A stretch of DNA of 56,937 bases from an uncultured Candidatus Saccharibacteria bacterium (GCA_964597145.1 CAZQWH010000006.1:1-56937); one strand, 5' to 3'. Numbered from the stretch's first letter, positions 38,346 to 49,178 are shown. Notes: generated by a model not told the origin, from the sequence alone. Numbers and translations are program-made.

Positions 38346-39413
38346 ATGACTGTACTTCTTATATGTTTTGTTCGTCGCGGTGGGATGGTTCACTATTCTG
38401 CACAGTTAGCAAATGCCTTGGTTGATATAGCACAGGTGGAGCTAATCATTCCAGACTGCGTTGATACATCTTACTTTGATTCACGCATTACTTTGCATCG
38501 AATCCCAGCGGGTCAATCTGGTCGAGATACCATCCTAAAACTGTTTAACCCACGTTTCTTGATGAATTTGCGGAAACTCTTCAGAGGAACTAAGGCAGAA
38601 GTCGTACATATATCCGCTACCCACCCTTGGAATGTGCTTGCTCCGCTCTTTTCTAGAAAGCCAGTTTTGTTTACTGTGCACGACCCTGTTCATCATTCGG
38701 GTGAGAGTTGGTATATCCAATTGGTCGATGCTTTAATGAAGCGCTGGGCAACCGGTTATTTTGTTCATGATAAGCAAGGCGCCCAAGCGTTGGCGGGTCA
38801 GGTTCCTTCGGGTCGTCTAATCACGGTAGTACCCCATGGTGACTATTCAATGTTTGTGAAAGCCTCCGATGACTATCAGGAGAATACCTTCCTCTTCTTT
38901 GGACGGATTGAAGAGTATAAAGGTATTGGAACTCTATTAAACGCCTGGCCGACGGTATCTAATACACTGCCTGATTGGCGCTTAATTATTGCTGGACAAG
39001 GTGACCTGTCAGCCTACGCCGAGCAACTCGCTAATCAAGCCATAGAGGTACATAATCGTTATATAACTGACAATGAGGTCACCAGCTTCTTTGCTAGATC
39101 AGGCGTAATTGTCTTGCCGTACCACGATGCTACGCAATCTGGTGTGCTGATGATTGCTGCAGCTATGTCTAGGCCGGTAATTGCAACACAGGTGGGAGCA
39201 ATTCCAACGATCGTTAAAGATGGGGACAATGGTCTTCTCATTCCTCCGCGTGATAGTCAGGCATTGGCAGAAGCCATGATATATCTAGCGAAGCAATCAT
39301 CGGTGGCTAATGAAATGGGGAAAGCCCTACATAAAACAGTAAAAAAAGAAAGTAGTTGGCTAAAGTCTGCTCGGGGGCATATGAAGACATATACACAGTT
39401 AATTAAATCCTAG
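38346..39413 (+). CDS. GT4 glycosyltransferase
   Basis: FFGRIEEYKG, LPY..ATQSG, PVIATQVG. Confidence 0.9.
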   Translation: MTVLLICFVRRGGMVHYSAQLANALVDIAQVELIIPDCVDTSYFDSRITLHRIPAGQSGRDTILKLFNPRFLMNLRKLFRGTKAEVVHISATHPWNVLAPLFSRKPVLFTVHDPVHHSGESWYIQLVDALMKRWATGYFVHDKQGAQALAGQVPSGRLITVVPHGDYSMFVKASDDYQENTFLFFGRIEEYKGIGTLLNAWPTVSNTLPDWRLIIAGQGDLSAYAEQLANQAIEVHNRYITDNEVTSFFARSGVIVLPYHDATQSGVLMIAAAMSRPVIATQVGAIPTIVKDGDNGLLIPPRDSQALAEAMIYLAKQSSVANEMGKALHKTVKKESSWLKSARGHMKTYTQLIKS

Positions 39414-39418
39414 CCACC

Positions 39419-42061
39419 ATGATCCAATTATTGTCTCAATACTACAAATATTTATGCTATGTGCTGTACCTCGCAGTATGTGCCATACTTCCAGTTTGGC
39501 ACTATCCCTATGGTCCAGCCATAGTTATTTTTACTTCAATTATTCTTACCCTAATCTTGTATGCAAGGAGGCCGAGCGAGCTACTCAGAGCCATATTTCA
39601 TTTGCCAGCTTATATTTGGCTGTTTGTAATTATGCTTATCTATTGGGTGGCGAACTTTGTGCTTATTGCCAATGTTCCTATTAACGAGTGGTTGCAACCT
39701 GATTTTCTGTCCGAGGACGGAAAAATATTTATGGCCTACTTGCCTATATTTATAGTGCCGCTGCTATTCTACAAGCTGAATCTTAAGCCGCGATGGGGCA
39801 TCATGGTATTTTTTGTAGTTACCATTATTCTCGCTTTGCTTGCGATCATCCAGTACTACTTAGAGTTTAGGATTCCTGGTTTTGATGCAAGGCAGCAATT
39901 GGTTTTGTTCGGCGGAGAAGTGGGCAGGTCATTATTAGCTGGTCTCCGTCAGCAGAATGCAACAGCAGCTTTCCTGCTATTCCCGACCTTATTTGCCGTT
40001 GTGCAAACATTCATAACAAAGAGGATTTGGATATGGGGAACAGCTGCTTTAACATTGCTGACAGCTATAGTCTTAACCATTTCCAGATCTGGTGCTGTTG
40101 GCCTATCAGTCGGGATATCGATCTTGCTAGTTATGGCAATTTTAAAGTCTCGGACTATACATCATCGGTGGCACAAACTTGTGTTCTTGGCTGTAGCTCT
40201 AGTTGTTACAAACTTCGTACTTTATTTGGCTGTAATTTCGGTTCCGTCATTTAAAGCAAAGATTGTTCAAGTCGAATCCTTGCCTGGTCAAACTAGCAAG
40301 CAATCATTGCAGCCTGGTGAAGAGTCTCCATCACCGCCTACGCTTAATAAAGAGTCTTCGCCACCGGCAGCTCTAACTGATCCAGAGCCGACCCCAGTAA
40401 TTGCGGGGAATTTATCTAGCAGGCTGTATTTGTGGCAAAAGGCTATTAACGATGTGGCTACTGCGCCAATATTTGGTGTAGGCATAACTAGATACAATGA
40501 TAGGCATTACACAACTGAATCACTTATACCCGGGATTACTCGATCAACTGGAGGAGAAATTATTAACAATGATGCTCACGCTCATAATTCTTTTTTGCAT
40601 ATCTGGGCTGAAGCCGGCACGCTGGGACTAGGACTGTTCTTAGCTTTTTGGTTATTAGTACTTTGGAAAATTTATGGTCGAATTAGGCGAAGGGAGTCTA
40701 AGCAGGGAATGGCATTCCATTTAGCAGTGCTTGGTAGTGTCATGGGATTGATGGCATCGTCTCTATTTGAACACAATATGGCAGCGCCATCAGTGATGTT
40801 TACATACTCTTTCCTACTTGGATTCTATGCCCTGCCTGGAGATCGAGCAATGGGCTTTAACTCTAATTTTAGTACGCACAACACGGAAGGTCGAATTTTA
40901 TGGTTAAACCATCGGGCTGCCCTGGGCGGAGGAGAAAAAATCCTGCTAACCTACTTGCTGTCTAGTAAAATTGATAAGGATAAATTCCGGGTGGTGACAT
41001 TTGAAAATGGTGCACTAGTAGACACCTTGCGTGAGCATGGCTATAGGGTAAAGGTTTTAGAGGCCGACAATCGATTTGTTTCTATAGATCGTAATAGAGC
41101 TGGGTTTAGCAGCTGGCTTGCCCAAGGCCGAGTACTAGTCGGACTAATTTGGCAGCTGATAAGCTATATAAAATCTGAGGATATTAGTTTGGTGATTGGC
41201 AACTCTAGCAAGGCCGATATGGTTGGCGTCTTTTCAGCTCGCATAAGCGGTAGACCAATGGCAGTGCGCTTACACGACACAGTACGGATTGGTGAATTTA
41301 ACCGTAAGACGTACTACCTGCTTAAACTCTTATTTGTAGCAGGTGTCGATTACTTCATGTCGGTGTCTAAGGTTGTGGATGATAGCTTAGCCACGATGGG
41401 TGTGCCGCAAGAGAGGAGGCAAGTTATTTACAATGGTATTGAGCCCCCAAAGCTTGCTTCTAGCACGTCATTAAAATCCAGGACCTTGCCTGGGGGGAAA
41501 GGGGGATTGCGCGTGGCTGTTTTTAGCCGCTTAATTCGACATAAAGGACAACATGTGGTGGTAAAGTTGTGGCCTAAGGTTCTGATGATGCACCCAGAGG
41601 CAAAGCTTTATTTGGTAGGTGGTGCACTGTTTGACACTGAAGGATATGATGAGTATTTGCGAGACCTGGTATCTCAGCTAGGCTTAAATAAATCAGTCAT
41701 TTTCACTGGATTTATTGATAATGTGTCGAGTGCTTTACGCGAGACGGATGTTTTGGTGCAGCCATCGCTCAATCCCGACCCGCTACCGACATCAATTATT
41801 GAAGCTGTGTGGCATGGTGTATATGTCATTGCTTCTGATAGCGGTGGTGCTAAAGAAATACTTACCAACTCTAAGTTGGGCTCGCTGTACGCTTGGAAGG
41901 ATAGTAATGAGTTGCTCCGATTAATTATTCAAGCACTCAAGTCTCATCCAAGCACACATCGTCTACCAAGCCCTCGCTCTAACTTTGCCCAAACCTTTTC
42001 AATACAAGCATATGTTCTCAATATGGATGAAGCGGTTTTGCAGTTGGAGAGAATCTTGTGA
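39419..42061 (+). CDS. Fusion of O-antigen ligase/Wzy_C-like membrane domain and GT4 glycosyltransferase
   Basis: TISRSG, RLYLW, FGVG, HAHNSFL..AE.G.LG, then GGGEK, KGQ, DPLPTSIIEA. Confidence 0.85.
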   Translation: MIQLLSQYYKYLCYVLYLAVCAILPVWHYPYGPAIVIFTSIILTLILYARRPSELLRAIFHLPAYIWLFVIMLIYWVANFVLIANVPINEWLQPDFLSEDGKIFMAYLPIFIVPLLFYKLNLKPRWGIMVFFVVTIILALLAIIQYYLEFRIPGFDARQQLVLFGGEVGRSLLAGLRQQNATAAFLLFPTLFAVVQTFITKRIWIWGTAALTLLTAIVLTISRSGAVGLSVGISILLVMAILKSRTIHHRWHKLVFLAVALVVTNFVLYLAVISVPSFKAKIVQVESLPGQTSKQSLQPGEESPSPPTLNKESSPPAALTDPEPTPVIAGNLSSRLYLWQKAINDVATAPIFGVGITRYNDRHYTTESLIPGITRSTGGEIINNDAHAHNSFLHIWAEAGTLGLGLFLAFWLLVLWKIYGRIRRRESKQGMAFHLAVLGSVMGLMASSLFEHNMAAPSVMFTYSFLLGFYALPGDRAMGFNSNFSTHNTEGRILWLNHRAALGGGEKILLTYLLSSKIDKDKFRVVTFENGALVDTLREHGYRVKVLEADNRFVSIDRNRAGFSSWLAQGRVLVGLIWQLISYIKSEDISLVIGNSSKADMVGVFSARISGRPMAVRLHDTVRIGEFNRKTYYLLKLLFVAGVDYFMSVSKVVDDSLATMGVPQERRQVIYNGIEPPKLASSTSLKSRTLPGGKGGLRVAVFSRLIRHKGQHVVVKLWPKVLMMHPEAKLYLVGGALFDTEGYDEYLRDLVSQLGLNKSVIFTGFIDNVSSALRETDVLVQPSLNPDPLPTSIIEAVWHGVYVIASDSGGAKEILTNSKLGSLYAWKDSNELLRLIIQALKSHPSTHRLPSPRSNFAQTFSIQAYVLNMDEAVLQLERIL

Positions 42062-43566
42062 TTAGCACTCTTGATCGATATAAAAGCAAGGAAGTATTGC
42101 TTGGCGGAATTGCTATGTTGGTATTAATTGGCTATGGTTTAGTATTGCGCTGGTCAGTTTGGCGACAGATGGGCACCTTGAGTTGGGACGAAGGAGCGCA
42201 TGCCTTGGCTGGAATAGGTCTAAGTAGGATTCCAAGCGGATTGGAGTACATGGGCCAGTTTTTTAGCCAGTATTGGGCATCTACCGGCAGCTTATTTTTC
42301 TACCCGTGGGGATATAGTGCTATGGTAGTTCCAAGCTATTGGCTGGCCGACGTTACCACTTTTGCGGCAAGGTTGCCTAATTATGTCTCAAGCCTGTTGC
42401 TTATTCCTGCTATGTATTGGGTAGGATATGAGGTATTTGGTAGACGCGGTGGATGGCTTTGCGCATTATTGGCAGCAATTAGCCCTTTTATTATTGCTTG
42501 GTCAGGCAGGGCGCTCGTAGATGTTCCCATCGTCCTATTCATAGCCTTGGCTCTAGGGTGCTTGTTGAGAGCTATTCAAACAAGCCATTGGTATTGGTGG
42601 GCACTTTGCGGATTGGCAATTGGTATGGCTGGCCAAATGAAGCCACCTGGATTCCTAGCTCTAATCCCTCTTAGCCTCTACGGAATTTATGCTGTTTATT
42701 CAGTTAAGCTTAAGTTTCGATTACTTGATTATTTTGGCTTGACTATGATGATTTTGATTGCCTGTGTGATAATGGGCAGCTACTTTGCATTCGGTATTTT
42801 AGCTCCTCACTTTTGGTGGCTGGGAGAACATGCGGCAACCAACATTAACCATTGGTATCCATGGCAATCAATCTATGCAGAGCCAGGAGATCCGACTTGG
42901 CGGTCACTATCCGCCTGGACCTATTACTTGAAGCTTCTACCTCATCAAATTGGCATACCTAGCTGCTTATTTTTATTGTTTAGCTTAACTATTATTTTTA
43001 AGACCAAGGATTACAATTGGAGTGCGATAATCTTCTTGTGGTTGAGCGTGATATTCTACTTCATTGTTTTCGCTTTAGTGCCTAACAAGGACACTAGATA
43101 TACTATGCCGGCATTGCCATTTATCTGGTTGCTCTGTGCTGGAGGTATGCAATTATTGTATGATATGCTACAGAGAAGGAATTGGAGCTGGCATAGGTAT
43201 GCAATTATTGGGCTATCATTATTTATCATTGTCTTTAGCACGGTGTCGCAAAAGTTAGATCCATTTTATGTAAGTCAGCCTGAATATCAGCTAGCAGAAA
43301 TCTCGTCTATTATTGCTCAGAATCCTGGGTTGGTAGTAGTAGTGGGGGAGACAAATCATATAAATGTTCAGAATGTATCTTGGTATGTGGCCGCGCAAGA
43401 TAAAAACCTGCAGTCCACCGTCTATTGGGCTGATCGACTACCTAAAGCAGATTGGATTGTGAGCTCAGTTCCAGTGCAAGATAGTAGATTTGAGTTATAT
43501 AGGGCTTATGATAGCCAAAACCAGGGTGAGCAAGGGTTATACTTGTATCAACGCGAGGATTTATGA
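42058..43566 (+). CDS. GT-C (ArnT/PMT-like) membrane glycosyltransferase
   Basis: WDEG.H, FAARL, KD.RY..P; multiple TM helices. Confidence 0.82.
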   Translation: MISTLDRYKSKEVLLGGIAMLVLIGYGLVLRWSVWRQMGTLSWDEGAHALAGIGLSRIPSGLEYMGQFFSQYWASTGSLFFYPWGYSAMVVPSYWLADVTTFAARLPNYVSSLLLIPAMYWVGYEVFGRRGGWLCALLAAISPFIIAWSGRALVDVPIVLFIALALGCLLRAIQTSHWYWWALCGLAIGMAGQMKPPGFLALIPLSLYGIYAVYSVKLKFRLLDYFGLTMMILIACVIMGSYFAFGILAPHFWWLGEHAATNINHWYPWQSIYAEPGDPTWRSLSAWTYYLKLLPHQIGIPSCLFLLFSLTIIFKTKDYNWSAIIFLWLSVIFYFIVFALVPNKDTRYTMPALPFIWLLCAGGMQLLYDMLQRRNWSWHRYAIIGLSLFIIVFSTVSQKLDPFYVSQPEYQLAEISSIIAQNPGLVVVVGETNHINVQNVSWYVAAQDKNLQSTVYWADRLPKADWIVSSVPVQDSRFELYRAYDSQNQGEQGLYLYQREDL

Positions 43567-44672
43567 AAGTTGCCATAATACATGATTGGTTAACTGGTAT
43601 GCGGGGAGGGGAGAGGGTGCTCGAGGCTATCTGCGAGTTATACCCTGACGCCGATATATTTACCTTAGTCTATAAAAAGGGCAGTGTGGGCGGCCAAATA
43701 GAACAGCATCGGATATACGAGTCCTTCATTAATCGCTTCCCCTTTGCCGCAACTAAATATCGCAGCTATTTACCGATTTTCCCTACTGCCATTGAAAAAT
43801 TTGATTTAAGAGCCTACGATTTGGTGATTAGCAGTAGTCACTGTGTGGCAAAGGGGGTTATCACCAAGCCCAATACGTTGCATATTTCATACATTCATAG
43901 CCCCATGCGTTATGTTTGGGACTTGTATTATGACTACTTTAGTAAAGCTCAAACCAACGCCCTTTCTCGAACCATCATCGCAATCACCGCCAATTATCTC
44001 CGAAGCTGGGATGTAACCAGTTCGAATCGAGTAGACTTATTGATTGCAAACTCGCACTTTGTCGCCAAACGAATTAAGAAATATTGGAATAAGAACGCTG
44101 TGGTCATAAACCCACCGGTTTCAATCGACCGCTTTACCCCTATTAGCAAAAAGGGCGACTACTACCTCGTAGTGTCTGCCTTAGTGCCTTACAAGAGGAT
44201 TGACGTAGCGGTTGAAGCTTTCAACCACAATGGCCTACCACTAAAGATTGTCGGCTCCGGTCCAGAGATTCCCAGGCTGAAAGCCATGGCTAAAGACAAT
44301 ATTCAATTTTTAGGCTCGCCATCAGATGATGAAGTGATTCAATTGTATGCTAAAGCCAAAGCTTTTATTTTCCCAGGTGAAGAAGACTTTGGTATTACGC
44401 CACTGGAGGCTATGGCGAGTGGCACACCGGTAGTGGCATATGGTTCTGGAGGTGTGCTAGAAACTATAGTTGAAAATAAAACCGGAGTTTTATTCGACCA
44501 GCAAACAGCACAAGCATTAAATAACGCCATCCAGAAGTTGGATACCATTAAGTGGAACAGTCACAACATGAATACTCATGCTAAAAAGTTTAGCCGAACC
44601 CAGTTCAAGGCTCAATTTAAGTCAGAAGTTGAAAAGGCTCAACTTGCCCACAATCAGCATGCTCGTGCATAA
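43563..44672 (+). CDS. GT4 glycosyltransferase
   Basis: HDWLTGMRGGERV, HSPMRY.WD, EDFGITPLEAMASG. Confidence 0.93.
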   Translation: MKVAIIHDWLTGMRGGERVLEAICELYPDADIFTLVYKKGSVGGQIEQHRIYESFINRFPFAATKYRSYLPIFPTAIEKFDLRAYDLVISSSHCVAKGVITKPNTLHISYIHSPMRYVWDLYYDYFSKAQTNALSRTIIAITANYLRSWDVTSSNRVDLLIANSHFVAKRIKKYWNKNAVVINPPVSIDRFTPISKKGDYYLVVSALVPYKRIDVAVEAFNHNGLPLKIVGSGPEIPRLKAMAKDNIQFLGSPSDDEVIQLYAKAKAFIFPGEEDFGITPLEAMASGTPVVAYGSGGVLETIVENKTGVLFDQQTAQALNNAIQKLDTIKWNSHNMNTHAKKFSRTQFKAQFKSEVEKAQLAHNQHARA

Positions 44673-45348
44673 TAAACGAGACATGCTGTATAAAACTGCA
44701 AAGCGATTAATTGATATTGTTGGCGCTAGCATTGCTTTACTTATTTTCTCGCCTATTTACTTAGCCATCGCTATCGCCGTTAAGCTTGATTCACGAGGAC
44801 CAGTGTTTTATGTCCACGAGCGAGTAACGCAACGAGGGCAGCTATTTGGAATTATAAAGTTTCGCTCAATGAAATTAGAATACTCCACCGGATCCAAATA
44901 TGGCGGTGAGCAAGCCGAAAAATTCTTGAAGGAAGTCTTAAACGATCCTAAGCGACAAGAAGAATGGAAAAAGTTCTATAAATTAACCGATGATCCACGC
45001 ATTACCCGAGTTGGCAAATTTTTACGTAAAACAAGCCTAGATGAGCTACCACAATTTTGGAATGTCTTTATGGGTAGCATGAGCTTGGTTGGTCCTCGGG
45101 CCTATTTGGCCAATGAGCTACTAACCCAAATGGAGGTGTACCCTGGCATTAAGCCCGATATTAAAAAGTTGCTAACTGCCAAGCCAGGCATTACCGGACC
45201 ATGGCAAATTGGTGGTCGCAGCAGTATTGCCTTCGATGAACGGGTTGCCATGGATGCCAGGTATGCCATGCGCCAGTCAATTCGGTATGACATCATGATT
45301 TTAATTAAAACTCCTATTGCTGTTTTGTTAGGCAAAGGGGCTGTATAG
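44659..45348 (+). CDS. Initiating polyprenyl-phosphate sugar phosphotransferase
   Basis: [34 protein letters not shown]; start uncertain (44659 or 44683). Confidence 0.92.
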   Translation: MLVHNKRDMLYKTAKRLIDIVGASIALLIFSPIYLAIAIAVKLDSRGPVFYVHERVTQRGQLFGIIKFRSMKLEYSTGSKYGGEQAEKFLKEVLNDPKRQEEWKKFYKLTDDPRITRVGKFLRKTSLDELPQFWNVFMGSMSLVGPRAYLANELLTQMEVYPGIKPDIKKLLTAKPGITGPWQIGGRSSIAFDERVAMDARYAMRQSIRYDIMILIKTPIAVLLGKGAV

Positions 45349-45380
45349 GTTGATAAAATATAGACTATAGGTTATACTAT

Positions 45381-46505
45381 ATGAGCGAAAATTTTCTACC
45401 CTTAGAGCTCACAAAATTTGAGCAAGGAGATAAAGAAATGTTTCGGCCAAGTCAAGAAATGGTGGAGCTTGGCGATGGAGAGCAAGCTCGGGCAACAACA
45501 ATGATTGTCGGAGCTTCGCAGCAAGTTAAACTGGAGGTTGATCCCGGGTTCGCCGAGTATGGCATAGACCCTAATGGCCTCCTGATCGACCAAGGCCGCA
45601 CTAAGGAACGTTGGGGACGATCGGCTGGCCGGACACCCGAAGAGTTTCTGGCTAACTACCCCAATAACAGCTGGGCGGTTTGCCCCTCCAATTGGGGCTG
45701 GCAATATGGCCTGGTGGAAATTCGCAACGATCAGCTGTTAGCCGATGCTAACGATTCAACTCTGAATGGTAGTTTTAGTGCCATCTGTCAGCGGAACGGC
45801 AAGTGGTCAGCTGAGCAGATTGAGCTGGAAGAGGGCCAACTCAACACTCAAGGAGTGGAGATTGGCTTATCGATGCCGCTCATTGCCCGTGATAGCCAGG
45901 CGGTTAATCCCGCTGAGTATATTACGGATTATCGACTGCTGGCTGATGTACGCAACTACGCCAATTTTGCGCCGGACGCGCAAATGCCAGCCGAATTTTG
46001 GTTGCTGCTACGTAAAGTGCTTCCATCAAAGCCGGTGGAAGCCCGTCGAATTGCCCGCGGTGACCAAGTCGTGGTGCACGAGCCAGACACGTTGAGCGAT
46101 GAAGAGCTGGAGAAGCTCCAGGGATACATTGCCGATTACGGTCTGGACAAGTATCTTCACCTCGATGTCCGACGTGACCAGCCTCGCTTCGCGGTTATCT
46201 CGCCTTTGCCACTCATCCGGATTCCGGTAGTTGGCTTGGGAGTGAGCAGTAACGGCGAGTTGATGATAACCGCCGTTGATGGTCGGCAAGAAGGCAGCGC
46301 TGGCATGACACTGTCCGAACTGACCAGCTACATGCTGTCCCAAGGGGCAGTTGATGTGGGTCTGGGCTGCGCTGGCGGCGACGTGGCCATGGTTCAAAAG
46401 ACCAACACTGGGTTTGAGCTGGCAAATACGCCGGCCAATCGCAATAGTCAAGGTGAGGCAGTAACCCGACCGGTACCAAGCGTACTAGTTGTCTCGGGGT
46501 CATAA
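45381..46505 (+). CDS. Hypothetical protein with C-terminal phosphodiester glycosidase (NAGPA)-like domain
   Basis: VDGRQEGSAGMTL.EL..YM..GAVD; the typical NLDGGGS is replaced by GCAGGD. Confidence 0.6.
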   Translation: MSENFLPLELTKFEQGDKEMFRPSQEMVELGDGEQARATTMIVGASQQVKLEVDPGFAEYGIDPNGLLIDQGRTKERWGRSAGRTPEEFLANYPNNSWAVCPSNWGWQYGLVEIRNDQLLADANDSTLNGSFSAICQRNGKWSAEQIELEEGQLNTQGVEIGLSMPLIARDSQAVNPAEYITDYRLLADVRNYANFAPDAQMPAEFWLLLRKVLPSKPVEARRIARGDQVVVHEPDTLSDEELEKLQGYIADYGLDKYLHLDVRRDQPRFAVISPLPLIRIPVVGLGVSSNGELMITAVDGRQEGSAGMTLSELTSYMLSQGAVDVGLGCAGGDVAMVQKTNTGFELANTPANRNSQGEAVTRPVPSVLVVSGS

Positions 46506-46517
46506 CCTCAACTACGC

Positions 46518-46550
46518 AACGGGTGACTCAATGCTGAGCCACCCGTTTTT
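46518..46550 (+). terminator. Intrinsic terminator
   Basis: AACGGGTGACTCA-ATGC-TGAGCCACCCGTT followed by a T run. Confidence 0.8.
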
Positions 46551-46593
46551 ATAACTCAGTACCACATTTTAATTATTTGCTCAGCTACCTCAA

Positions 46594-47065
46594 AGCGTAT
46601 AGCGTTTAGGGTTTAGCGTATAGTGATTAGGAATTAAGATTTTGTTCGATTTAAACTCACTATCAGTGCGCGCAGCATTTTTTGGATTTCTTCGAGCTGA
46701 GGTAAGCATTTACTAACATGTTGGGATGTATTTGGATAGACGTCATTGCATATTATAAGTTGAGTCTCTAGCTCACACGCAGAACCTTGAGCAATAGATA
46801 AAAACTGTATAAATTCCTTGTGGTGCTGGCGGTCATAACCTTCTGCAATATTACTTGGAATAGTTACTGCTGCTCGTTGCATTTGTGAAGATAAGCCAAA
46901 TTGCTCTATTGTTGGGAGTTCTCTTGTCAGTTTATATATAAGTGAAACTAATAAAAGAGACTTCTGCCACACCACTAATTCCTTATACGATTGTAGCTTC
47001 ATGGGGTAACTATACACTTATTTGTCAACGTTCCACTCTACGCTATACCCTAAACCCCATACGCT
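46594..47065 (-). mobile_element. Putative four-helix-bundle element with inverted AGCGTWT heptamer arrays
   Basis: AGCGTAT AGCGTTT AGGGTTT AGCGTAT (46594-46621) vs CTACGCT ATACCCT AAACCCC ATACGCT (47038-47065). Confidence 0.65.
46634..47002 (-). CDS. Four helix bundle protein
   Basis: YKELVVWQKS, EQFGLSSQMQRAAVTIPSNIAEG, GSACELETQ; start at MKLQ. Confidence 0.93.
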   Translation of the reverse strand: MKLQSYKELVVWQKSLLLVSLIYKLTRELPTIEQFGLSSQMQRAAVTIPSNIAEGYDRQHHKEFIQFLSIAQGSACELETQLIICNDVYPNTSQHVSKCLPQLEEIQKMLRALIVSLNRTKS

Positions 47066-47233
47066 AAAATCGCCTGGCTGCTGTTTAACCCCATACCACT
47101 AACTGTTATACTGGTGATGCCCATCAACCGGGCGGTAGTTAAATACCAGGCAACTCCCCCAATGCATACGATCACGATAGAAACTTTTGATACAAAGAGC
47201 CACAAGCCTCACCGAGGTATAATTGGGTTATCT

Positions 47234-49117
47234 ATGGCTAAAAGACGGAGTAAAACGGGCGGTAAATGGTGGCACTTTTGGGGTTGGCGACTTTGGCGAT
47301 CAAAATGGTTTTTAATGCCAACTGTAATTGTTCTAATTATTTGTGGTTTAACCTACTTCTTAGTCATTGCGCCCATGATTACCCAGGCCAAGGTAGTGCA
47401 AAACCAGGTGGAGGTGCTTAAAGCTGCCGCTAAAGACCAGAATCTAACCACACTTAGGGATGAACTTCCTAAATTACAACATGAGCTAGATGCGCTACAG
47501 CAGCAGTCGGAACAGCTCGGACTTATTTCCTATTTGCCGGTAATTGGCCACTACTATAACGACAGCCAGCATGCCTTCGCCGCCGCCCATGAGGGCATAG
47601 AAGGCGGTCAAATTTTACTCGATGCATTGGAGCCATACGCCCCGGTGTTGGGGTTTAAATCACAGGCCTCTGCCGCGATTGTAGACAAACCCAACGATCA
47701 ACGGGTGGCTGAGTTAGTTCTGCTCATGCCCGCCATTTTGCCTGCACTAGATCAAGCCACAACCAATTTTGCCCAGGCTAACTACGAAATGAGTCAGATT
47801 CAAACCGATCGCTATCCCCAACAAATCCCATTCACCACTTTCAATGTCCGCCAGCAGTTAAGCCAAATCAAGCAACAAATTAATGGACTCAATCAAGGGA
47901 TTATTCAAGCCCGGCCAGTTTTGGAGATTTTACCGAGCGTGCTTGGAGCCGATGAACCAAAGCGTTATTTATTAATCTTCCAAAATGACAAAGAGCTGCG
48001 CCCAACTGGTGGTTTTATGACTTCAACTGCCTACATTACTTTCAATAATGGTAAATTCGAAGTCACCGAGTCTAATGACATTTACGAATTAGACCATAAT
48101 GAGTCGTACTTGCCAGTACCCATCCCAATGCGTCTTTACAATGCTGCCACAAAATATTATATGCGAGACACAAACTGGTCGCCCGATTTTGCAAAGTCCA
48201 TGGAAACCTTTGAGTATTACTACAGCCGAGGCAACCATCCGGCCATTGATGGTTATATTACGCTTGACACCCAATTCGTAGAAGATTTAATGAAGGTGAC
48301 CGGCCCCATAGATGTTCCGGGGTATGGCGAGTTCAGCGCTGAGCCGATCGAAGTTAATGGGGCTAAAGTTTCTAAGGTAGTTTATGAGCTAGAAATTATT
48401 GCCCAGAAGAGCGGGCTCAATCAAGACAATCGCAAGAGCGTGATTGGTGACTTAATGAAAGAATTAATTAATAAGTTATTCTCAGAGCCAGTTACCAAAT
48501 GGCCAGAGTATTTGGATTTAGTCCTAAAGATGGGACAGGAAAAGCATGTGTTGCTAAACTTCCATAACCCCAAAGCGCAAGCGTTAGCCGAAGACAATAA
48601 TTTTGCTGGTCAAATTACTGCCAGTCAAGCACCTGTAGATTACTTACACATTAACGATGCCAACCTAGCAGGTTTAAAAACAAACTTTTATCTTAAGCAA
48701 GCAACTACTCAAGACATTACCGTGGCCAACGATGGCACAGTCACCAAAAAGCTCACTATTACCTATACCAACACGGGCACTTTTGATGGCTGGATTAGTG
48801 CCACCGCCCGAAATTACACCCGAGTATATGTACCGCTTGGATCCAAACTAGTCGCCTCTACTGGCGGAGAGCAAAAGGTAGACGTTATGGAAGAGTTGGG
48901 TAAAACCGTGTTTGACAACTTCGTTTTGGTTAAACCAAAACAAAGTAAGACCATCACCTTTACCTACGAGTTGCCATTTAAGATTGATGGCAGATATCAA
49001 GAGCTAATTCAAAAACAACCCGGTGCTCAAAATTGGCTTTACACAACCAATCTCAATGGGCAGAAACATGAAACGACAATTGATGGAGATAAACAGATCG
49101 ATCTGGAAATCAAGTAG
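47234..49117 (+). CDS. DUF4012-like membrane-anchored protein
   Basis: YLLIFQN..ELRPTGGF, RD.NWSPDF, RVYVP.GS, QKQPG; start placed after TATAAT 47218. Confidence 0.8.
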   Translation: MAKRRSKTGGKWWHFWGWRLWRSKWFLMPTVIVLIICGLTYFLVIAPMITQAKVVQNQVEVLKAAAKDQNLTTLRDELPKLQHELDALQQQSEQLGLISYLPVIGHYYNDSQHAFAAAHEGIEGGQILLDALEPYAPVLGFKSQASAAIVDKPNDQRVAELVLLMPAILPALDQATTNFAQANYEMSQIQTDRYPQQIPFTTFNVRQQLSQIKQQINGLNQGIIQARPVLEILPSVLGADEPKRYLLIFQNDKELRPTGGFMTSTAYITFNNGKFEVTESNDIYELDHNESYLPVPIPMRLYNAATKYYMRDTNWSPDFAKSMETFEYYYSRGNHPAIDGYITLDTQFVEDLMKVTGPIDVPGYGEFSAEPIEVNGAKVSKVVYELEIIAQKSGLNQDNRKSVIGDLMKELINKLFSEPVTKWPEYLDLVLKMGQEKHVLLNFHNPKAQALAEDNNFAGQITASQAPVDYLHINDANLAGLKTNFYLKQATTQDITVANDGTVTKKLTITYTNTGTFDGWISATARNYTRVYVPLGSKLVASTGGEQKVDVMEELGKTVFDNFVLVKPKQSKTITFTYELPFKIDGRYQELIQKQPGAQNWLYTTNLNGQKHETTIDGDKQIDLEIK

Positions 49118-49178
49118 CATAAAGCCAATTTTGGAAGGGAGTATTGTGTAGGGGTGTGTCGAGTAACTGATTGCTTGT

